Source of the DNA: Trichoplax sp. H2
Lineage: Eukaryota
Assembly (NCBI GenBank): GCA_003344405.1
Contig: NOWV01000286.1
Location: 1 to 64,000, forward strand
Direction: 5' to 3'
Length of the DNA: 64,000 bases
Part shown: piece by piece, positions 54,801 through 64,000 of the stretch
Position numbering within the stretch: position 1 is the stretch's first letter
Layout of the letters: the number at the start of each line of letters is the position of its first letter
Program-made: the position numbers and the translations under genes
Notes under the pieces: model-generated
Databases searched by the model: none
The model's input: the letters and a program-made list of their open reading frames with translations, nothing else
Told to the model about the DNA's origin: nothing

Positions 54801-57800
54801 TCACAAGATCTTTTGACAATCAAGTGTAAAAGTAGTGTGCTAGCAATTTAGTATAGTCTCATCTTACCATATAACCTTAATTGGATCGAGATCTATTCTA
54901 TGTAACTCCTGAAATTTGTTTATGTATTAACTCTCTACATTATTCTTGAAATAATATAAAAGTTAAGCCTCAACCACCTACGGATTGCGAAACATTGACA
55001 GATGATGAAAATCAACGCGTTACTTTAAAATGTCGCTATCATGAGGATTGCTACTTCGGCGAAAGCTACAAATATGATTTCTATTTGGGTGTAAGAGATT
55101 CATCTGAAAAGCCTAAAAAGGTAATTTATCCTTATAATCGATAACTTGCTACATAATTTCAAAATTAAATAGGGTAAGGCTAATTAGTAGCGCAAGATGG
55201 ATAAGCTAATAAACTGTTATTTTGAAATTAAGTTACAGACACTTGAATAAATCTCTGTATAGAAAGTTCAGAATTCGTATTATTAGTATCTAAATTCAAT
55301 CATCATCTAATTTACTCCTGCAGTTTACAGTAGAAGACTCAATTTCCAAAGTTCTGGACTATTCCTATTTTACAGTAAACGTAAACTACTACTGGTACGC
55401 TCTCAGTGTGGTTTCATTTACTGGTCAAAAAAGCGATTTTACCGATCAAATTAATTTCACACTACCTAATTCCAAGCCAAAACCGCATTCAATTACTTCA
55501 TTATCTACGGATCCTATAATAATGTCATCTATAACGTCCTTCGTAACGAGTTCAACAATTGCTATCTTAACGCAAGCACTACTTATAACCAATTCAGTAA
55601 GCACAAGATCGACTTTAAATGTGCCTTCGGTCAGTTCTACATCTTTAAGACCCACTATATCTTCGTCGACATCGAGTGGCATATCTATAATACCGACTAA
55701 AACATTATCGTCGACGAGTAGACAACATTACCCGTCAACTGCAAAAGAACCTACAAAAAAGTCTACAAAATCTACGACTAATTCACCAGTAACTTTGTCA
55801 CCATCATCCTCGGTTCCTAGATTTACGAATAATACTCTATCACCTGATATCACATGCAAAAATCTAGGTAAACATATTTACAGATCTAGGCCAAATTAAA
55901 ATTCTACATACTTTCTCTCTATATATTACGGCTAATGTATACGTTATATACTTGCGAAGTTTTATAACAAATAAGCGCTATATTATTTCGATATGATGTC
56001 ATTACGACAATTTTATCTAGCTTGCAAATAATATTTAGACAACTCTTCTATTCTCTACGAATTTATATTATAATCATATTATCTCCATAATATTTCAATC
56101 TAACATTTACTTGAGGCAATACCTGAAATAATCCGGTCAAAAATAGATATAGGCTAGATTAAATTACTAATCTAGTTGTACCATAAATTTATAGCGTATT
56201 ATAGCCTGACTTAGATTAGTTAATCGATTAATTATTAGAACTGTATCGTCAATAGTGCGAATAATTATCGGAGTACTGAAACAGTTTTATTTTCAAAATG
56301 GAACAGTATCATTAAATTAAGTAAAAAAAAGTACTAGAAGTTAATTATACCATGGTTTTGAAATAGTTTTAACTTAGCTATGATAATAATTAGTACTGTA
56401 TCTTCAATAGTTCTAATCGTTATCGGAATGCCAAAAGTTTTATTTCCGATATTATTAAGTTAAATGTAAATTAAAGTATCGAAGGTTGACTATTTAGTTT
56501 ATCATCTTCCCACATCTATTTGTAGTTATTAGAAACACGTTTAATTTATTTCAATATTTCAGCTAAATTTATTTCTTAGTATTAAAAATCTTTAGGAGTA
56601 ATTAATTACCTTAGCAATATTGTATAATTCTATAGAGTAGTCTATTCAAATTCAGTAGAAGATATAATGGAAATACATTCATAAATTTATAAATAACAGT
56701 ATCGATTAACTTTTGTACCTAGAGTGAGCTCTTTGACATTATCTACTTTACTATAAGCTAATCACATATCTAGTAACCCTGCTAGAAGTAACTTCTCGGT
56801 CTTTTTAGGGTTCTTTGTTGTAAAAGACATCCAATAAATACTCCGATTGTCAATATATCCGTACATAGCTAATAATGCTTCCTCTATGTTACATTTCTTA
56901 TTGTTAATCACTTTGTTGTATAATCTTTCGTATCAGCTTTGAATCGATTCGCCTAATTTTCGCTTAATATTAGATTTAGATCACTTGCCAACTGTTCGTA
57001 ATGTGAAGTTAGTAATGGAATGTGATACATGCAAGATTAATTGGTATCCACCAAATATTAATTCCCGATGTCTGCCTTTCATTCAATACCAAGTTCATTA
57101 TGATATTCTCCGGATATTTCCAAAAATATTAATCAATGGAATACTGTTTGTGATTCTATAAATGATACAAGTTGTCAGTTTCCAATCAACAGTAGTACAG
57201 TAGGTTCTACTTTAATCTATGAAGTCATCACTATATTTACATGGACAAATTCGAAGTCTAAATTACGTAGACAGACTTATCTGGACTTTCGCTGTAGGTT
57301 TTTAACGTGGAGTGGCTTTTATTTCTAGATTGATATTATAATATTAACAATTTTAGAAGGGATTAATTAAATAATAAGGTATGATATTGTTGCATTTGAT
57401 AATAATGGAAATTATGATTTGATTTGTATATTATATTAGTTAAACCGGAAAAACCCAAGGATTGCTATAGCTGTATCGATTATCATCAAAGAAAGGTCGA
57501 ATTAACTTGTTATCATTCTGAAAGGTGCCTAGCTGTAACTGCACATATATACAATTTCTATCTATTGCAACAAAACTCAATCTTCAAAGTTTTAGAGGTA
57601 AATAATAATACATGGTAACATCTTAGAGTTAATTTCTATTTCATGGAAAATTGAAGGATTTGCAATAGCTTAGAATAGTCCGGTAATAAAATAGAGAAGT
57701 ATTTAATATTATAAGTAACACCTTTATGTGATAATTTTAGCCATATTACATAAACTTAGAATGGTCCAGCATTAACATAGAGATGCATTCAACACTGTTA

Positions 57801-60800
57801 GTATTACATTTAGGTTGTGATTTTAGTTATATGCCATAAAAAACAAAGATATAGGAGGTTATAGTTAGCACTAAAATTTGGCGATCTATCATTATTTTCA
57901 ATCATAAAATTAGTAATTTCGAAATTAGGAAGGTTTATTATATGCATTAGAAGGACGTATATTTCAGTTAGATAAATTAAAACCAGCACAACAAGTAGAA
58001 GATTACTGTCTTAACGTATCCCTAAACTTAATCTTAATTTCTCTCTAAATCAAATCATCTAATCCTCTTTCATATACCTACGCTACTTAAATCATTATCA
58101 AATGAATATCTTTTAACCACAGAGGGTATCAACCTGCATACTGTACATACGAAATCAACTAAATGCTACTATTCAATATAAATCATTGATTTTACCACAT
58201 TATCTCGATATCATAGACTATTAACCTATCATAGCTCATCGCAATGCAGGCATTATTATAATCTATCAGAATTTATTAATAACTTACATTCCCACATGTT
58301 TACCATTATTACCTATCAGAAGCGATCCCTATAATTGATTAATGTATCTAATAATAATTAATCGACAAGAATAAATTAATCCAAGTTGGAAGTTAAATTG
58401 CAGCACTACTGAGGTATTCTGAGCTTCAACGCTAGTAATCTTTGCTATTTCAGTCCTAATCTTTGTAGCACAGAATAGCTAGCCAATACTTAAAAAGATT
58501 TATGATTTTCGAGTAACACTTTACTCTTTCAGTATCGTATTTATCTTAGAAAAGCTACTAATGACTTCAATATCAAGCAGTTGCCAACTAAAATGCGTAC
58601 AAATATATATATATTAACATATACATAAATAATTCTTATTTTTCGCTACCGAGTATTTTAATTTTATATTATAGATTAAATGTAAAATATTTAAACTTTA
58701 CTGGATAATATTTACACAATTTGTTCATATTAGATCCCTCAAAGTGATGCTAGTACCTTGGCCATCGGATTTAATCATCTTAAATATGATACTAATTACT
58801 ATTGGTTTAGTAATGCTGTTAATAACTACAATATAAGCAGCGACAATTCGACCATGTCGCATTTTTCTATATTATCAACAAAAGCATACGCTAGCTCTTT
58901 TGGTACTCCATCTACTATTTGTGAATATCTAACTATCCAATCTGGAAGACCTGATAATCAATGTAATGATACAGGTTGGCATCCAATATTAGCTTTATTA
59001 AATAGATCATATACAGATTGAGTAAACGAAATATTACATCAGATAATGATTTCTTTTTACTAATTAATACTGTAATTTAATTCAACATTTTTCATGCAAT
59101 CTTCTAGAAAGTAATCTACTTCTTTATTAACAGCTATCAGAGAATGACTACTGTAGCATAATGATACCATAAGAAATGATAATCTCTGTTTTAAATCCGC
59201 TCATCAACTTTAAGTGTAGTAGCGTTATAATAATCAATCAAAGTTTACTATCGTAAAAGTTTAATCTTAAGATTATAAGTACAATTAAAGGACTACTTTA
59301 ATCAAATACTCATATCCGTCTACAATACATAGGATTTTCCGATCTTAGATAAAAACAATGTTCCCGTTTTACTTATTGTACAAGTTTAAATAAATCTTCA
59401 TAAGCTATCTGAATAGAATAGTACCGTGCCATACTGACTTTGAATATAATATCACATCCAGTTCTTTTACTCATTAAAGTCTGACTTATAACTATCTTCG
59501 AGTCAAGTTAACTATCGCACATTATATCATATACCATTACTAATTCCAAATTAGATTATGCATCTGATGTATTATATATATCCTTTCATTTGATATTTCA
59601 TCCCTGAAAAGTATTAAATGTATCGTGTGTATCTTTAGGTGTTAATATTAGCAATGTTAGACTAGAAGCTACTTGGACGGCAGTCTATGTTAAGTGGGAT
59701 ACCGAAATTGCGAAAGCCGAAGAAACTTGTTCATTAAAAGTTTATTATCAACTGGAGTATGCTGTTGTCAGAAATGGAACCGATACTGATAATTGGATGA
59801 TAGCTTGCAAAAATATCACTTCCAAGGAATGCTTTTTCAAACGAGATTGTTCCACGCTAAATAAATCACTTATCTACAAAATAACGGCTACAAATCACCA
59901 TGATCAAATCTTAACCGTTAGCAGTAATCAAACTTATTTTCCAAGTCAGTTTAAGCAATACAATGGATATAAAATTTTAAATAAAACGATTCATACGTAC
60001 AACAATTCAAACTTTCATGAGCAGTTGTACAAACTGGTAACAGTGGTTTATTAACCATTATTGATTAACGGAAACGTGTCTTATTAAAGCGTATGATTTC
60101 ACGCTATAAGTTATTTAAGTCATTTTAGGATTTATATTAGTGACCAGTTTTAAATAAACTGATTCATACATTCTGTAATTCAGATTTTGATATAAAGTTG
60201 GATTAATTGCTAATAGTAGGTTTGTCGACCATTAGTGAATAACCAAATAAGTCTTTTCGAAATAAATTGTTTTGTTGCGTGTACTACTACGAGTCTTTTT
60301 AGGATTTTTGGTAGTGGTTATAGACTAACTGTTACACTCCTGTAATGTAACTTAGTATTGTGATTGTAGATTGCTAGCCATGTTTAGTATAATGTACGGT
60401 AGATATTATCCTAAGATATACAGTATTTGGTAGCTATAACTATAGACTGTAGTGGTAGAGACTCTATGCTAGAGTACAGATGACTATATACAGTAAGTTG
60501 TTGAGTTACTGATAAGGTTATAGGTAAGAATAGAACTGTAAATCATATATTAGGATATGGTTAATTCATTGTACTTGGGCTGGTCTGAATAATGTCTACG
60601 TAAGTACTGTAGTTGTATCCATATTGGATTGATGATGGTCCGCAGTAGAATAGTCTTACTAAGAATAATTTAACTATGTGTAATATAAGGTAAAAGATTG
60701 CCATGCGGATTGTAGCTGCGAATGCTACGAAAAGTATAAAAGCATGCAACTTTAGATTATTCTGTTAGTACGTTCAAGAAGTCTTTAGAAGTAGTATTCG

Positions 60801-62983
60801 GCTAGAGTAGAGCTGTGTAGTTGATCTTTGTATATGATTCAAGAAAGCCCTTATTTTTCTAAAATTTTGGAATTTCGTGATTGGTATATATCACAACTCC
60901 ACTAGTGACAAAGTTGTTTAAAAAAGCCAATCCTTGCAGAGAATGCCACTTACTAACTTAAAGAGGCGAAATTAGCTATATCACCAAATAATTCAGTTCC
61001 AACGACCGAATACTATAGTATAATTATAGCGTTACTAATAGTGTAGACGAGGTGGTCAAAGATTTACTACTATTTATTACTAAAGAAATCTTGGCACCCA
61101 CGATTATAGTCTTTACGATTCAATAGCAATTGATAAACTAGTTGACTATCTAGCCGACTAACTAACTAAAAAGGGATCTTCAGGCACCAGCCTTTTATAG
61201 TCTCGTCAGAATCTCCTGGTGTACATAAAGTAAAACTATCCTTCTAAACTTATAGTTAGGACGAGCTTACGCATCGTAACACTAATATATAGACCGTTTT
61301 GGAGAAATATGAATAGGTAGAAACTATGGTACTAACAAATAGAGATACAATAGCTGTTGCAGATGAGATACGACTACAGAAAAATATTGAAATTAATGAT
61401 AACATATATCATAGCGGCTTAAGCAATATTCAAATCCTTATAAATAAAAGGAAGAGAAATTTAGGTATTATCAATTACAAAATAATCTATATTGAAAAAG
61501 TGGCATGGAAGAAATGTAAATGCGGCTTTTATGAATACGTTACCATCACAACATCAAATAGTCCTAAGCGCTCAATTTGCGTAGAATCTTGAGATTAATT
61601 TAATATGCATAGCATCAACCTCCATGGAAATCCAGCATTATTAATAAACTAAGACTTTAGTATAACTTTTGTTTGTAATGAACTTCTTAGTGAATCCGAA
61701 ATCTCCGGAACTCTGTAGCCTCAAAATGGTTGATAAGTATAAGAAGGAGAAATTGGTTCTGTCTTGTCCAGGAATGGCTAATGATTGTGACTGGGTCAAT
61801 ATTAAAATCAAAATATGGCATCCGAATAGCACTAAAGTTAGTAACCATAATGAATATTTTTGGGTCCAAAAAATCGTGACCATTACTGTACTATAACAAA
61901 AATAAACATAATTATCATCGTTTACAATTAGCGAAAGTTCGTTAGCCTATAAGGCAAGATGAAATGATGCTAGATGCCATTGTTTTTTATCGAAGGATCC
62001 AGATTTATATATCGTTACTCAGTACTCTTGAATAGTTGTCTAAATTCAAAGTAAAACTTATTAATATTTTAAATTAGGAGAGTTTTCGTGCAATATGCGG
62101 TAGTCGAACTAACAAGAAATTTAAATTCATACTTTATTACTTTGGAGGCACTTTATTTTATGAATATTCGATCGCTTTATTGTAGGCTAAGGTATTCTCA
62201 TATAGCTACACACGCTATCGATCTATCGTAATTATGTCTCAAGATCAAATCCATAAACTTGCAAGGATTATAACATACTTTTGGCAAGCAAAAGTCGAAA
62301 ATTTAGCTGGCCTAGAAAGCTCTTACACTACAATACGAAGCTTCAAGCCAGATTTCAGTAAATAAATTTAATTTTTAATATTACATCAATCGCTGTTTTA
62401 TATGCTATGTAATTGAAGTATTCAAATTATTGGAATGCTGCTAAAATTTATCTTTTATTAAAATAATTTCCTTTACAATTATTAACTTTCATTAAGTTGA
62501 TGGGAGATTGTATTTACCATTTACATGTACCTTACTATAATTTTATGCGCAATCTGAAATTTTCTATGCTAACTGCAAGATCCTATACCGTTTATTTTTA
62601 CCATGATATTAATCGCCTTTTAATATCGTTGCTACGGTAGAAAATAATTACTTCCTTGTAAATTTCATTTCTTGAAAAAACTAATCAAATTTATTGAATT
62701 CACAGATCCTTCACATACCATAAATACTATAGTCGTCGTTATAGGGACTGTCTTTGGCATTATATTTTTACTTGGTATTTCATGCATTCTACGCTTTCGC
62801 AAACATAGAAAATTAAGTGAGAATAATGTGCATGAATCACATCGTTCTGAATCGCACTATGATGAAATTTCGGTAGCAGAATCAATAAATCTCAAAACTC
62901 TAAGGTCAGAAAGTCGAATCAGAAATCCAAATGCTTCACCCCACGATATTACATCCGAAATAGGACGCTATTTACAAGGATAG
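51821..62983 (+). CDS. Type I membrane receptor B: signal peptide, three FN3 pairs (class II cytokine receptor-like), Ser/Thr-rich spacer, TM, Tyr-containing tail; 1-nt frameshift in exon 6
   Basis: Exons 51821-51878, 52395-52436, 52613-52927, 54963-55120, 55324-55867, 56980-57293 (frameshifted), 57440-57597, 58734-58974, 59639-59944, 61691-61836, 62186-62357, 62706-62983. The first two exons are the same length as in receptor A (58 and 42 nt). TM IVVVIGTVFGIIFLLGISCIL is followed by RFRKHRK. Confidence 0.82.
53040..53580. repeat. Minisatellite, ~60-bp unit, about 8-9 degenerate copies
   Basis: A GATC(G/T)ACTGATAATC(A/G)AGT.TAAAAGTA...ATAG..GA.TAAGATTA core recurs (e.g. 53323, 53385, 53447, 53510). 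Confidence 0.8.
53636..54189 (+). mobile_element. Solo-LTR-like element, family X, copy 2 (intron of receptor B)
   Basis: TGTAATGTAAC...GTATATATCACA flanked by TSD GTCTC (53631-53635 and 54190-54194). Confidence 0.88.
60330..61281 (-). mobile_element. Solo-LTR-like element, family Y, copy 2, interrupted by a family X copy
   Basis: TGTTACACTCC[X insertion]ACTCCACTAGTGACAAAG...CATCGTAACA. Flanks CTAAC/CTAAT (5-bp TSD with one mismatch). Colinear with 39973-40328 plus ~40 extra bp near 61220-61255. Confidence 0.8.
60341..60895 (+). mobile_element. Solo-LTR-like element, family X, copy 3 (nested in family Y)
   Basis: Same termini as copies 1 and 2; TSD ACTCC (60336-60340 and 60896-60900). Confidence 0.88.
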
Positions 62984-64000
62984 ATTTAGACCAAATCAGC
63001 ATGATTATTACTTATGCTTCTTAAATTATCATGATATTTTGGCTTTGCCCAGTTTAATTATTGTTTATAAACTAGGTTAAAGATAAACTTATAAAGTTAT
63101 GCTGATTTTGGTTATCAAATTTAATATTAACAATGGCCTCAATGTAGTAGTCCATAATTATAATTAGCATAAATAATTTTGAATAACTGTAATTAAGGGT
63201 ATTATTAACAAGAACATATTGGTAGCAATATATAACGGAATTAGCGTTGATGGATTTTAAATGGTTATGAATGCAAGAAGTAGTGCAACTGAAATAACGT
63301 CAGTTATTATTTATGCTTATAGCATCATAAATTTTTCTATTACTTTGTAGCAAAAGATTAAACGCTTCTCAAGTGTAGGCAATCAAAATATGTTATTTCA
63401 TGCTACCTATTTGAATTATGTCTCTAGATGAAGCTTAATAATTGGTAAAAATAAATAAATATAAATGAATAACGCATGTAATATATTGAAGAATGGTATT
63501 CAAATATAAATATATAAAAATCCGCGCCATACAGTGTAAGATCATTAGAGGTTCTTTAGAATTCATAGTTTAAATAATTAACTACTTTTGGCCGAGGTTA
63601 AGTAGAGTCATGTTTGAAACATTTAGAAGAGTTATTAAGTGATTGGATAACTCGTCTAAACTGGTTTAGTTGATCTTGATCTAAAACTTTCTATAAATGT
63701 GAAATTCAGTCTAGTTGTTAATGAGAAAGTTCATGTTTGCATAGTAATAAAGGTTATTTACCTTACCCAGCTATTGGCTATTTTTGAGTCAGACTTCGAA
63801 TACTGGTTATAGATACGATCTAGTAATTAGACATCTGAGATTTATAAACGCTTAGAAGTTTTGTTAAGTACTTTGGTTTGGTAAGCTCAATCAATGAAAT
63901 GATTGAAAAACTTCCTGGCAATCGTTTTTGTAATATTTGTTAGTAGTTCCAGCTATAATAGTAGTTGCTACATTGGCAAATTTTTATTTTATTTATAAAG

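Noticed and set aside
60561..60749. 62-aa hydrophobic minus-strand ORF
   Set aside because: It lies wholly within a solo-LTR-like repeat and resembles no protein family I recognise.
43803..62357. Class I cytokine receptor or receptor kinase/phosphatase assignment for the FN3 genes
   Set aside because: No WSXWS or C-x-W class I signature is visible, and the tails are only ~55-65 aa with in-exon stops and no catalytic domain.
1..64000. Prokaryotic systems, tRNA or rRNA genes
   Set aside because: All recognisable genes are spliceosomal-intron genes, and I saw no tRNA cloverleaf or rRNA-like segment by eye.

Overview
AT-rich, intron-rich eukaryotic DNA from an animal. Gene content, composition and intron style suggest an early-branching invertebrate such as the placozoan Trichoplax, but this is inferred and not proven. 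Hand-spliced gene models, left to right: two tandem myophilin/transgelin-like calponin-homology genes (+); two LCAT/lysosomal phospholipase A2 (PLA2G15)-family paralogues (-) flanking a 4-coumarate-CoA-ligase/firefly-luciferase-type acyl-CoA synthetase (-); CDC16/APC6 (+); and two tandem single-pass receptor genes (+, 40969-48234 and 51821-62983). The receptors are the most interesting signal. They are built from repeated pairs of fibronectin-III domains whose first domain carries the W-x3-C-x7-C motif of tissue factor/class II (interferon/IL-10) cytokine receptors and whose second domain is split by a phase-0 intron. They also have mucin-like spacers and short tails with Tyr motifs. The window also holds two families of TG...CA solo-LTR-like elements with 5-bp target-site duplications (one nested in the other), a perfect 33-bp-arm palindrome, several minisatellites and local duplications, and an unresolved GC-richer region at 30.2-33.1 kb. 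All exon coordinates were read by eye; no database searches were run.
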